Counted from the first letter of the stretch, positions 41,055-52,300 are shown. The stretch is DNA of 64,000 nt from Candidatus Marinacidobacterales bacterium (GCA_965226495.1 OZ245365.1:6112001-6176000), one strand, 5' to 3'. Notes: a model not told the origin generated them from the letters alone. Translations and numbers: made by a program.

Positions 41055-44000
41055 GTGAGACCGCGGCGACTTACCGTCGAGGGTTTCACCTGCTTCAAGG
41101 AGCGCCAGGATCCGCTGGATTTCTCCGAGCTCGAGCTCTTTGCCATATCCGGCCCTACTGGTGCGGGTAAGTCGAGCCTACTAGACTCGATCATCTTTGC
41201 CCTCTATGGCCGGGTCCCTCGCATGAGGAAGGGATACTCGGAGCTCATCTCCCTCGGTCTCGATCGCATGTCGGTGATGTTGGACTTCCAAGTTGGACGG
41301 AGGGAGTTTCGAGTTACCCGAACCGGACGTCGAGGGCGTTCGGCCGAGGCTCAACTCGATGAGCTGGTGAACGGGACCGAGCGCTCGGTCGCGGGTGGCG
41401 TTCACAGTGTGGACAAGGAAATCGTTCGACTCCTCGGTCTTCGCTACGAAGCGTTCACGCAGGCGGTCGTTCTCCCCCAAGGCGATTTCGCCCGCTTCCT
41501 GAAGAGTCAACCGCGTGAACGGAGGGAGATCCTGCGCGATCTCCTACGTCTCCAAGTCTACGAGTCGATGAGGAGACGGGCCGCCGAGTGCGCCAAAGAT
41601 CTGGAGCTCAAGCTAAGCGGTGTCCGGGAGCGGCTGAGCGAAGACTTTGGCGAAGTGAAGCCGGAGCGAGCGGCGGAGCTCCGCCGACAAGTCCGAGCAC
41701 TCGAAAAGCAAACTCACAAAGCATCCGAAGAATTGGCTTCGCTTCAGAAGAAGCTCGAAGAGATCCGGGTCCGCTACGCAAAATCTAGAGAACTCGAGGA
41801 GAAGAGGGGCAGGCTCAAGGAGCTGAATAAGCGCGAGTCAAAAATTGAGGCCGATGAGGACAAGCTCGCTGCGGCCAGGGAGGTCGCGCCGCTTGTTCCG
41901 CTTATGGATGCGGCGGCGGCGAGTGAAGGGCGGGCGGAAGCAGAGCGCAAGCGGGCCTTTGAGGCGAGCAGCGAGCTCGGTGAGATTCGTCGCGTGCACG
42001 AGCAATCGAGCCAGAAACTTGCGGAGGCGATTCGACGCGCGGACGAGCTGCCCGCGCTGCAAGAGAGAATCCGAGCGCTCGACGAGCTCAAAGGTCTTCT
42101 CGCCCCAAGAAGGGCTGCCCAGCGCCGAAGAGATGATGCCCGCGGGCAGCAGGAGAAACTGCAGCAGGAGATCCAGCGGGTCGACAAAGACAAGCTGCGA
42201 CTCCGGCAGGGAGCAGAAAGTTTCGAGGGTGAGGTGGAAGTCGCTAGCAAGAACTGCGAGGCCTCGGGGTATGACGAGAGCTTAGATCGGCGATTAGATG
42301 CAGCTCGTGACAGCGCCGCATCGCTTGCTGCCGACCGCAGGACAGCGCGGCAAGTTTTGGCAGAAAAGGAAGAAGCCGAAGAGCGCGTAGCTCGAGCGCG
42401 AGAGAACGCGTCGACACAAAAGACCAGGTTGGATAAGTTGCGCCAATCGTTCCTCAGATGCGAGAGAGCCCGAAAAAAGCTCGAAACCGACCGTCGAAAG
42501 GCGGAAGCAAAACATGCGGCGGCGCATCTTCGCGATGAACTCGAGAAAGGAGGGAAATGTCCGGTCTGTGAGCAGCCGGTGTCGAAGCTTCCTCCGGCGA
42601 TCGAGGTGGCGTTTCTCGACGACACCGCGTCCCGTTTGGACAAAGCGGTTAACTCTGAAGAACAGGCGCGTTCCCTTCTAGAGGAGGGGGCCGAAGCGGA
42701 GGCGGAAGCCCGGGCCGCCGCGATGGCGTTCGAGAAGGAGCTTGCCAAGGCCGACAAAAAGTGTACCCGTCTGGAGCAGGCGATAGAGCTTGCCGAGCGT
42801 GCACTCGAGAAGAAAGTCGGTGATGGAACGACCGGTGATCGAGGGTCCCATGTGGAAGAACGAATCCTTTCCGCGGTTAGCCGGGTTGCGAAGGAGCGCG
42901 AGGCCCATCAAGAGGCGACGAGGGAGCTGGACAAGGCGGAGAAGGAGCTCCTGAGGGCACGGAGTGATCTCGAAGCGTTGACCGAGGAGTCTCGACGGCT
43001 CGAGCAGCAGGTGCGAGACGCTACATCGCGGGCCAAGGAAGCGGAAGAGGAACTCTTCGAGCTCGAGGAAAAGATTGGCAAGGTTGCGGGAGATGCGGAG
43101 CCGGCGCGGGAACGCGATCGTCTAGCGGAAGAGAGAATAGAAATCGAGCGCAACCGCAAGGCAGCCGAGGAAGCCGAGCGACGGACAGGGAACGAGTTTT
43201 CATCCGCTAAGAAGGCGCTCGAAGAGGCGGAGCGCACCGCGCAGGTATCCACTCGAGCCTTGCTGGAAGCTCAGAGGAAGGTCGAAGAAGCACTCCAGTC
43301 TGCGGGGATTAAGAAGGCAGAAACGATTCGGGGTGCGGCTCTTCCGGCGGTGGAGATGAGTCGTTTAGAAGAGGAGATCAGGTCTCATCGTCAAGAGCGC
43401 CATACGACCGAGCAACGAATGTCAGAACTCGAAACGGAGCTCGAGGGTCATGCCGTCACGGAGCATGCCCAGCGTCACGCGGAGGAGGAAGCGGTATTCA
43501 AGCGTCGCGACTACGAGGACGGCATCGAGAAGAAGGCCGAGCTAGAACAGCAGATCAAGGAGATCGAGCGCCGAATGGAGAGAGCGGCCGAGCTTTCCGC
43601 TCAGAAGAAGAGTTTGCAACAAGAGTTTTCCGTTTACCGGCGGCTTGCGACCGATCTTCGAAGCGAGAACTTCCAGGCGTATTTGCTCGAGGAAGCCTTT
43701 CGAGAGTTGGTCAACGGGGCGTCGATGCGGCTCGAGAGCTTGAGCGGACGCTACTCGTTAGAGTATCAGCAAGACGGCTTCCACGTGCTCGACCACGACA
43801 ACGCGCGCGAGCGAAGAAGTGCCGACACGCTTAGCGGTGGCGAAACATTTCTTGCTTCGCTGGCCTTGGCACTCGAGCTCAGCGAGCAAATACAACGCGC
43901 CGCCGGCGCGGTGAATCTGGATAGTCTCTTCATCGACGAAGGTTTCGGGACTCTCGATCCCGAGACCTTGGACACCGTGGCCAGCGCCATCGAGTCTCTA

Positions 44001-44123
44001 CACGTCGGAGGTCGCATGGTCGGCATCATCACTCACATCCCCGAGCTGACTGATCGACTACCGGCCGCTATCCGCATCGAGAAGCACCCTGAAGGCTCCC
44101 GTATCCGACAGGAACTCCTATAG
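41055..44123 (+). CDS. sbcC: SbcC / Rad50 SMC-like ATPase
   Basis: Walker A GPTGAGKSS, Q-loop LPQGDF, long coiled coil with central CPVC zinc hook, LSGGE and FIDEGFG. Confidence 0.95.
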   Translation: MRPRRLTVEGFTCFKERQDPLDFSELELFAISGPTGAGKSSLLDSIIFALYGRVPRMRKGYSELISLGLDRMSVMLDFQVGRREFRVTRTGRRGRSAEAQLDELVNGTERSVAGGVHSVDKEIVRLLGLRYEAFTQAVVLPQGDFARFLKSQPRERREILRDLLRLQVYESMRRRAAECAKDLELKLSGVRERLSEDFGEVKPERAAELRRQVRALEKQTHKASEELASLQKKLEEIRVRYAKSRELEEKRGRLKELNKRESKIEADEDKLAAAREVAPLVPLMDAAAASEGRAEAERKRAFEASSELGEIRRVHEQSSQKLAEAIRRADELPALQERIRALDELKGLLAPRRAAQRRRDDARGQQEKLQQEIQRVDKDKLRLRQGAESFEGEVEVASKNCEASGYDESLDRRLDAARDSAASLAADRRTARQVLAEKEEAEERVARARENASTQKTRLDKLRQSFLRCERARKKLETDRRKAEAKHAAAHLRDELEKGGKCPVCEQPVSKLPPAIEVAFLDDTASRLDKAVNSEEQARSLLEEGAEAEAEARAAAMAFEKELAKADKKCTRLEQAIELAERALEKKVGDGTTGDRGSHVEERILSAVSRVAKEREAHQEATRELDKAEKELLRARSDLEALTEESRRLEQQVRDATSRAKEAEEELFELEEKIGKVAGDAEPARERDRLAEERIEIERNRKAAEEAERRTGNEFSSAKKALEEAERTAQVSTRALLEAQRKVEEALQSAGIKKAETIRGAALPAVEMSRLEEEIRSHRQERHTTEQRMSELETELEGHAVTEHAQRHAEEEAVFKRRDYEDGIEKKAELEQQIKEIERRMERAAELSAQKKSLQQEFSVYRRLATDLRSENFQAYLLEEAFRELVNGASMRLESLSGRYSLEYQQDGFHVLDHDNARERRSADTLSGGETFLASLALALELSEQIQRAAGAVNLDSLFIDEGFGTLDPETLDTVASAIESLHVGGRMVGIITHIPELTDRLPAAIRIEKHPEGSRIRQELL

Positions 44124-44910
44124 TGAGTATCCGGAAACCCGCCGACCTCACGATCGCAGCGACGTTACGCTACCTCGAGGAATACTTACCCGCCGGCTCG
44201 CGGATCCTGGACGCCGGATGCGGGGGGGAGAGCTCGCGCTTAAGTTGAAGGACGCGGGGCATCGCGTGACGGGCTTGGACGTGGACGGGCGAGAAGTGGA
44301 AAAGGCCCTCGCCCTGGGCGTTGAGGCGAGACAAGCGGATTTCCTCCACTTGGAAGGAGAACCCTTCGACGCTATCGTTTTTAGTTTTTCGCTTCATCAC
44401 ATTTTTCCGTTGGCTGATGCGCTGGAGCACGCCGGGCGCCTCCTCGCTCCCGGTGGGCTCGTTCTCGCAGAAGAGTTCTCTTGGGACGAAATCGACGCGG
44501 GTACGGCGCGGTGGTTCTATGAAATGTGGTCTCTGCTCGAGACTTGCGGCGTGCTCTCGGAGGAATACTCGGCAGGAGGCGAGCACCACGGCGATCACGC
44601 CCATGGAGGTTACGCTCACGGCGCGACGCCGGCGGCGCCCCAGACTCCTCTCGAGGAACGGATCGCGGAGCACGACCATGAGCCGCCGCTCCACAAGGGC
44701 CATGAGATGCTGGAGGGAGTCGAGCGCCGCTTCGATATGGTGAGTTCGGAAAGCGTCCCGACTTTGTTTACGGACTTTGCCGCTGCCTTGGAGCCGACCG
44801 AGCGAGGGTACGCAGTTGCCTTTAAGCTCCAGGAGCTCGAGAGAAGCTTGATCGAGGATGAGGCCATCGTGCCTGTGGGGCTCCGCATGGTGGCGAAAAA
44901 GAAGGCCTGA
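44123..44910 (+). CDS. Class I SAM-dependent methyltransferase, frameshifted at a G7 tract (44222-44228)
   Basis: GTG overlapping the sbcC stop reads ...RILDAGCG. One extra G restores G-GELALKL...VTGLD...FDAIVF..SLHH. Confidence 0.8.
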
Positions 44911-45033
44911 CTACCTGTTGACGGCTTGCCAATTTCTGTCGAGCTGGATCCTTCGGTGCACGCCAGAGTGGCTCTTACGGGGGACAGGAAGGAAAGCTAG
45001 AATCCCCAATAAAGATGATAGGGAGGAAAAAAG

Positions 45034-47034
45034 GTGACCACTAAGCTCGTCGATACCACTTGCGCTATGGATTGCCCGGACGCGTGCTCGCTCGAAGTGA
45101 CCGTCAAGGACGACATCATCGAAGGGATTCGGGGTCACGACGACCATCCGACGAGCGGGGGGTTCATTTGCTCCAAGGTTACGCAGTTCTCACGCCGCGT
45201 CTATCATGACTCGCGGCTTCTCCACCCGATGAGGCGTAAGGGTGTAAAGGGCGATGAGGAGTTCGAGCGGATCTCGTGGGAAGCGGCGATCGGCGAGATC
45301 ACGGACCAGTTTCGGAGAATCGCGGGCGAGTGGGGGCCGGAAGCCGTTCTGCCCTATCACTACGGCGGCTCGAACGGCGCGCTCAGCGACGATTTTTCCG
45401 ATAGCTTATACTTCGCGCGCCTGGGCGCCTCCCGGCTCGCGAAGACGATTTGCGCAGCACCGACTTCCGAAGTCGCGCAGGGCATGTACGGCAAGATGCC
45501 GGGAGTGGCCTTCGAGGATTACCGCGAGGCTAAGTGCATCATTATATGGGGTGCGAATCCTAGGGCATCCAATATCCACCTGGTTCCGTTTCTTCAGGAA
45601 GCGAAACGTCGGGGTGCGTTCATCGCGGTCGTCGACCCCAGGAGGAACTTGTCCGCGGGCCTGGTCGATCTGCACCTCCCGATCTTCCCTGGGACAGATC
45701 TCCCGGTAGCACTGGCAATGATCCGCTACTGGAACGAGCAGGGAAGGCTCGACCGGCCGTTTCTCGACGGCCACAGCGTCGGTCTCGACGCACTCTTGGA
45801 GAAGGCGGCTCCATGGACTATCGACCAAGCGGCGGCGGAGGCACGCGTCAATCCGGAAGCGATTCGACGGCTGGCGGATGTGTACGCTGCAACGTCTCCG
45901 GCGGTGATGCGGTGCGGATGGGGCGTCGAGAGGAACCAGAACGGAGGGCAGGCGGTCGCCGCGGTTCTGGCGATGCCGGCGCTACTCGGCAAGTTCGGGC
46001 CTCGCGGTGGCGGCTATACGTTGAGCAATCGAGGCGCGTTAAAGGTGGATTCGAATCAGATATGGGACGAGTCGAGCTGGCAAACCCGTATCATTAATAT
46101 GACCGAGCTCGGCAAGGTCCTCAACGATGACCTTTCACCACCCATCAAGGGCCTCTTCGTGTATAACGCCAATCCCGCTGCAACGGTACCGGATCAAAAC
46201 GCGGTGCTTACCGGTCTCGGCCGCGAAGACTTGTTTACGGTCGTTTTCGATCAGGTCATGACGGATACGGCTCGTTACGCAGACATTCTCCTGCCCGCCA
46301 CGACGTTTCTCGAGCACGAGGATATCCGGGCTGGCTACGGTGCCTATGTTGTCGGCGGTGTTCGGGCCGCCATCACGGCCCGTGGCGAGTCCCGGTCCAA
46401 CCACGACGTCTTCTCGGCGCTCGGTCGCGCGATGGGCTTCGAGGACGAGGCGTTTTCTTGGGACGGCGCCGAAGCGCTCAGAAGAGTCGCCGCCACGATG
46501 CGGTTGAACGGGAAGCAAGCGGACCCCGTCTTGCTCGAAGCGGGCAAGCAGCAGAGGTATAACTTTCCTGGGGATGCACCGGTGCAGTTCGAGTCGGTGT
46601 TCCCGCAGACTTCGGATCAGAAGATCCACCTCACACCCGCAGCACTCGGACCGCGGTCGTACGAATATCGACCGGTCCAAGATCCGGACTACCCGTTGGC
46701 ACTTCTCACTCCGGCAATGGCGAGAATGACGAATAGCACCTTCGGTGAGTGGAGCTATCCCACCTTGGAGGTCACCATCCATCCACAAGACGCCTCGACA
46801 AGGGGTATCGATAGTGGCAATATCGTGCGCGTTCACAATCGGCTAGGAGAAGTACACTGTCGCGCTCGGGTGAGTGATAGCACTAGAGTCGGGGTCGTCA
46901 GCATTCCGAAAGGTGCTTGGATGAAGTCTTCCGAGAACGGCCGCACCGCAACCGCTCTCTGCCCACCGACCGTCGATAACGTAGGCGCGGGTGCCTGCTT
47001 CAACGACGCCCGCGTCGAGGTGGAGGGGATTTAG
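45034..47034 (+). CDS. Molybdopterin-dependent oxidoreductase, catalytic subunit with an N-terminal 4Fe-4S motif
   Basis: Motifs CAMDCPDAC...ICSK, IWGANP, TDTARYADILLPATTFLE and a C-terminal dinucleotide-binding domain. Confidence 0.92.
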   Translation: MTTKLVDTTCAMDCPDACSLEVTVKDDIIEGIRGHDDHPTSGGFICSKVTQFSRRVYHDSRLLHPMRRKGVKGDEEFERISWEAAIGEITDQFRRIAGEWGPEAVLPYHYGGSNGALSDDFSDSLYFARLGASRLAKTICAAPTSEVAQGMYGKMPGVAFEDYREAKCIIIWGANPRASNIHLVPFLQEAKRRGAFIAVVDPRRNLSAGLVDLHLPIFPGTDLPVALAMIRYWNEQGRLDRPFLDGHSVGLDALLEKAAPWTIDQAAAEARVNPEAIRRLADVYAATSPAVMRCGWGVERNQNGGQAVAAVLAMPALLGKFGPRGGGYTLSNRGALKVDSNQIWDESSWQTRIINMTELGKVLNDDLSPPIKGLFVYNANPAATVPDQNAVLTGLGREDLFTVVFDQVMTDTARYADILLPATTFLEHEDIRAGYGAYVVGGVRAAITARGESRSNHDVFSALGRAMGFEDEAFSWDGAEALRRVAATMRLNGKQADPVLLEAGKQQRYNFPGDAPVQFESVFPQTSDQKIHLTPAALGPRSYEYRPVQDPDYPLALLTPAMARMTNSTFGEWSYPTLEVTIHPQDASTRGIDSGNIVRVHNRLGEVHCRARVSDSTRVGVVSIPKGAWMKSSENGRTATALCPPTVDNVGAGACFNDARVEVEGI

Positions 47035-47037
47035 TTT

Positions 47038-47645
47038 GTGAAACTCCCAAGACGTTCTCTGTTAGTGCTAGGTCTTCTCGTCGCGCTCTCGCACTCCGTA
47101 GCCGGCCGCGAGAAGTTTCCCGGCCGTATCGATGGTGAAGACCGCATCGGCGAAGCGGCACCACCCTTCGAGCTCAGTGCGTGGTTGAACTCGGATCCGC
47201 TGGAGCCAGGCGACTTGAACGGCAAGGTGCTACTCGTTCGTTGGTGGACCGACACCTGCCCGTTCTGCTCTACGACGGCGCCGGTGCTGCGGGAGCTCGA
47301 TCGCAAGTACAGGGATCGGGGCCTCCGGGTCATCGGGATCTTCCATCCCAAGCCGCCGGGCGATAGAAGCTTCGAAAGGCTGCGGCGCGCGACGGAGCGT
47401 TTCGGTTTTACTTTCCCAGTTGCGCTCGACTCGGATTGGACGGCTCTACGTCGCTGGTGGCTCGACCGTGAGGAGCAGGCGTGGACCTCCGTTTCCTTCG
47501 TCGTCGACAAACGGGCGTTATCCGCTACGTGCACCCGGGCGGTGAATACCATCTGGGTGAAGCTGGCCTCCATTGGCGGAACCACGAAAGCTGCCATCGC
47601 GAATATCGCGAGATAGAAGACACCATCCTCCAGCTCCTTGATTAA
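47038..47645 (+). CDS. TlpA-like thiol-disulfide redoxin, apparent 1-nt frameshift at about 47513
   Basis: WWTDTCPFC motif. Adding one G to AAACGGGCG gives VVDKRGVIRYVHPGGEY...ILQLLD* ending at 47645. Confidence 0.8.
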
Positions 47646-49316
47646 CTAATTAATATATCCAATCGATTTCAAACGCTCGATCACCTCGTCCGTGTCTTCG
47701 GTGAGGGGTGATTCCTTCCGTTCGGCAATGCCGGTCTCCATATCTAGGTAACGGGGCGTATGCGCCGCGAACCACTCTGTCTCGAAGGCCTGCGCGAGCA
47801 CTTTGCCATCCATCTCGTAGGGAATGGGGGCGCCGAAAAGTTGAAGTATCGTCGGTGCGATGTCTAACACCGTCGCGCCTCTCAACTCGGCATGCCGAAC
47901 AGAAGGTCCGGACGCGACCAAGACCCCGTAGGGAGCGTGGTAGCCGGCGTTGTCAGCGGTTACCATGCCGTGGTCTGAGATCACCATGACGGTTGCATGT
48001 GCGGGAAGCCCCTTGATCAGTTCGCCGATCCATCCGTCGATCCGAGCGTATGTCTTGTCGGCCACGTCTCTTACCGAGTCGGGACAATCGGGAGGAAGCT
48101 CTGCTCCGTGGCGATACGGCAAAAACGTATGGCTTCCCACGTCGATCGACTCGAAGTAGACGGTGAAAAACCCTGCGTCGAGAGTGGGTAGAAGTTTCCG
48201 CGCGATACGGAAGTAGAACTCGTCTTGCCACAATACTTGTTCGAAGACCGAGAGGCTCTTGGGTTTGGCCGGCGCGCAGGAAGGTGGATAGAGGTCGGTG
48301 ACGACCTCTATCATTTCTTCTTCGGTTGGACTTAGCGGTCCGAGCTCGTCGGCGAGCGTGGCTGGCCAGGTAAGGTGTTCTCGGGTGCCCTGTCGTCTTC
48401 CACGCATTCCCATGCGTGAGCTGACGAGAAAGCCGTTCACTTCATAGGCGGGCCAAGTGGACCAATAGCCCACCACCCCGATCCGATGCCCCAGATTGCC
48501 CAAGAGGCTCCAAACCGGTCGTGTCTTGAAGTGTGCGCTCTGCGCTTCGACCAACTCGGCCTCGGGAAGATGAAAACCCTTGCCGAGTGAGAAGCGTTGG
48601 TAGACCGGGTCGAAGGAAGCCACGATCTCTCCCCGCGAATCTTCCACCGCAAGCGAAGCGAAGGCCCCGGCGAGAGAACGGTCATCTTTCGATTTGCCTC
48701 GATCTGATGGCTTGCTCTGTTTGGAGAAAACAAGCTCGACACGATTCTGTGCGGGGCGAAGGAGCTCCTCAGGTAAATCCATGGTGAAGTCCTTCCACTT
48801 GACCGGAACCGTGGCTGCTGCGACGGGAGCCCCGTTCAAGTGCACCTGGACGTCCTGTGGTCCGTTCGCCGGAAACGATCGCAATCGAATGCGCAGAGTG
48901 TACGGTGGACGACCGTTCACCTCGGGCAGTATGAGATCGGCTCGCGGTGGGCCGGCATCGTTTCCAACCCACGCGAACGATGTCCCGGGCATTGGAAGAA
49001 GAAAATCGAGAATCCCGTGTTTCTCGGGAATCATGCCCGTCGCGACGGACGCCCAAATGATCGGAGACCAATAACCCCGTCGGGGCTGAGGCCGTAACAC
49101 CCGCTTGGCTCCTAGCGACTCCAATGGACCCCAGCTACCCGAGCGGATCAGGCGATCGATGTTGGGTAGCTTCCCTTCCGAGCGAAGTTGGTCGAAGGCT
49201 TCGGGGGTGGCGCCGTCGAGGCAGAAGAGTACTACGAAAGGTTCGGGCTTCCGACTCCCGCACGCCGTGAGGAGCAAGAAAAACGGGAGAACGTAGGCGG
49301 CCAGGTTTCTTAGCAT
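47646..49316 (-). CDS. Lipoprotein, alkaline phosphatase / nucleotide pyrophosphatase-phosphodiesterase family
   Basis: Lipobox LTAC; motifs CLDGAT, SPIIWASVATG..PEKHGI, ISDHG, DIAPTIL and ERLKSIGY. Confidence 0.88.
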   Translation of the reverse strand: MLRNLAAYVLPFFLLLTACGSRKPEPFVVLFCLDGATPEAFDQLRSEGKLPNIDRLIRSGSWGPLESLGAKRVLRPQPRRGYWSPIIWASVATGMIPEKHGILDFLLPMPGTSFAWVGNDAGPPRADLILPEVNGRPPYTLRIRLRSFPANGPQDVQVHLNGAPVAAATVPVKWKDFTMDLPEELLRPAQNRVELVFSKQSKPSDRGKSKDDRSLAGAFASLAVEDSRGEIVASFDPVYQRFSLGKGFHLPEAELVEAQSAHFKTRPVWSLLGNLGHRIGVVGYWSTWPAYEVNGFLVSSRMGMRGRRQGTREHLTWPATLADELGPLSPTEEEMIEVVTDLYPPSCAPAKPKSLSVFEQVLWQDEFYFRIARKLLPTLDAGFFTVYFESIDVGSHTFLPYRHGAELPPDCPDSVRDVADKTYARIDGWIGELIKGLPAHATVMVISDHGMVTADNAGYHAPYGVLVASGPSVRHAELRGATVLDIAPTILQLFGAPIPYEMDGKVLAQAFETEWFAAHTPRYLDMETGIAERKESPLTEDTDEVIERLKSIGYIN

Positions 49317-49390
49317 CGCCTTATTGTAGTGGAGCGGGGCTCGCCCCGCCGAAGCCGTGAGTTGCGATCTGCCCCAACGGCGAAGGTAGT

Positions 49391-52300
49391 CTAATCGCTG
49401 GTGTGCTGAGCGGGCTTCAATACTCGCAACGCTTGCGCGCCGAGGTAGGTACGGGCGTCCATCACGAGGCTAAACAACGCAGGGACGAGGAACAGAGTAA
49501 ACACGGTCGACAACACGAGGCCGCCAACCACGACGCTTCCCAGCCCGCGATAGAGCTCGGAGCCGGCGCCGGGGAATAGGATGAGCGGCAACATGCCGCA
49601 GACCGAGGTGCTCACGCTCATAAAGATGGGACGGATCCGTGTCTTCACCGACTCGCCAATCGCGAGGCGTGGCTCCATGGCTTCCTCGCGCATATGGTTC
49701 AGGGTCTGATGCACGATGAGAATCGCATTGTTGACCACAGTGCCGACGAGGATGATGAAGCCCAACATGGTGAGCACATCGAGCGCCTGATAGGTGAAGA
49801 GGTTTACGACCGCGAGCCCGAGGAACCCACCTAGAGCTGCCAGCGGCACACTGAACATGATGACGAATGGGTAGAGAAAACTCTCGAAGAGCGCCGCCAT
49901 CAGCAAATAGGTAATGACGATGGCGAGAAGGAAGTTCCATCTCAAGGCACGGCCGGTTTGGGAGAGTTTGTCGGCGCTTCCGCTCAAGGTAACACGATAG
50001 AGACCACCGAGCTTCCCTTCTTCTTGCATCGGCGCGATGATCTGGGTCTCCACCGCTTCCATGGCGGTCTCCAGCGGCATTTGTTCGTCCGGCGTGATGC
50101 GCAAAGTGATGGCCCGTTCACGCTCGCGGTGATTGATCTGTACTGGCCCGTTTACTTCGACGACCTCGGCCACCGAGCCGATTGTGACGAGTCGGCCATC
50201 GGGTGTGGCGATGGGAAGCTGCTCGAGAAGGTGAGTGCGGTGCTCGTAGCTCTCCTCGGTCATGACCCTGAGGTCGATCTCTCTTCCCTCGAACTGGTAG
50301 TCGCTGGCTTTTGCACCGTCCACCAGCGCACTCACCGCGAAACCCAACTCGCGATTGGAAAGTCCCATTTCGGCAGCGCGTCGACGATGGGTGATCACTT
50401 GAATCTCTGGATTGTCGAGATCGAGTCCCGGTATGGGTCGCCCCTGTGCTCCGGGCAGGACTTGAAAAGCCTTGGCGAACATCTCCCCGCCGAGCTGCAT
50501 GAGCCGCTCGAGATCGGGGCCAGTGATATCGATGTCGATGTTGCGCCCTTCGTCGAAGCCCCCTTGGAAGATGCTAGCCTGATTGACGACCGCGATCACT
50601 CCAGGACTCGAGAAGCCTAATCTTTGGAACTCGGGGATGAGCTCCCGAACGCGCAGAGGATCTCGAGCGCGCGCCCCCATGAAAACACTGCTGTGGAGAC
50701 TCACAAAGAAAAAATTCTTAACCCCGCCTCCAGGCTGTGCCAATGCCTCCGGAGACCCAGGTTCGGACTCCCACAGCGAACGCAGACCCTCCTCGTACAC
50801 CTTGCGGAGCTCGGAGACTTCGTTCAGTGTGTATCCCGGCGGTGGTAATAGGATGCCGAACAGGAAGTTGTTGTTGCCGACGGGGAGATACTCGGCCTTT
50901 GGCATGATGAGAAAGCTCAGGCCGATGGAAACCGTCGTGAGTCCGACAACAACCGCGAGCCGACGTTTGATGGTTGCATTGATCCAGGACACCGTGTCGC
51001 CAACCCAGTGGGAGAAGCCGGCGGCACGATCCACCCCTCCCCAGAGGTTGTGGAATCCCTTGTCCTCGTCTTCCTGATGCGCGGTGCGAAGAATGCGTGC
51101 CGAAAGGCTGGGGATGACGGTGATCGAAACGACCAGACTGAGCGCCACCGCACAGCTGATGGCAATAGCAATATCGGCGAAGAGCTGCCCCGCCTCTTCC
51201 TGGATAAACACCACCGGTACGAAGACTGCGATGGTGGTGAGCGTACTGGCCAGGACGGCTCCCCAGACCTCTCTCGCCCCGTCGTAGGCTGCTGTGAATC
51301 GAGGTTTGCCCATCTGGCTGTGGCGGTAGATGTTCTCGAGCACCACGATGGAGTTGTCGACCACCATGCCCACCGCGAAGGCCATTCCTGCCAGGCTTAC
51401 GACGTTCAACGTGCGCCCGAACAGGTACATCATCAAGAATGTCCCGACGATGCAGATGGGGATGGCGACCCCGATGACCAACGTGCTGGTGCCGCTTCGC
51501 AGGTAAAGCAGTAGGATGGCGACGGCGAGTAGGCCGCCGATCATGAGGCTTTGTCGGACGAGAGCGATGGCGCTATCGATATACTCGGTCTCGTCGTAGG
51601 CCAACCAGAGGTCGAGCCCCCGAGGATGAAGTAGGTCCCGATTCAGTCGGTCGGTGGTTTCCTGGAGCCCCTCCATGACTTGGAGGACATTGGTTCCCGG
51701 CTCCGCGATGGCGTTGATGGCGATCGTCTTTTCATCCCACTCGTAGACCTCGGCCCTAGGTTTTCGGTAACCGAGCTCGGCACGGCCGACGTCACGGACA
51801 TAGATGGGAACACCGTCCCGCAGCGCGATGACGATGTTCTCGATGTCTTCCGTCGATTGATACTCGCCAACCGTTCGCACGACGTAGCGACGTTTACCTT
51901 CGTCGAAGTCGCCACCGCTATAGTTACGGTTCTCTTTTTCGAGGGCATCTCCGAGCTCTTTGAACGTCACACGACGAGCCGCCAGCTTGGCGGGGTCGAC
52001 GACCACCTGCATCTCCCGCTCGCGGCCGCCGAAGAAGTTCGACTGCCCCACGCCCTCGACTCTCTCGAACTCGGGCTTGATGTAGTCGTCGACGAAGTTA
52101 TACAGGGTCGAGATGTCTTCTTGGTAAGGGTTCTCCTTGGCCTTCTTGAGAATGAACCAAGCTACCGCGTTTTCTTCGAGACCGACGGTCGTGATGACCG
52201 GCTTATCCGCGTCGGATGGATACTCTGGAACTTGTTGCAGGCGGTTCGACACCCTGAGAACGGCGGTGTCAAGATCGGTGCCCACCGGGAAGGTCAGCAC

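Noticed and set aside
41774-42757. Long antisense or alternate-frame ORFs (this one, also 51680-52660, 53732-54775, 29739-30821, 18587-19474)
   Set aside because: They are shadow ORFs of well-supported genes in high-GC DNA and carry no recognisable motifs.
47500-47645. TlpA frameshift as programmed recoding or a true pseudogene
   Set aside because: It is a single missing G in a short G-run with an intact downstream frame, matching other small indels in the window, so a sequencing error is more likely.
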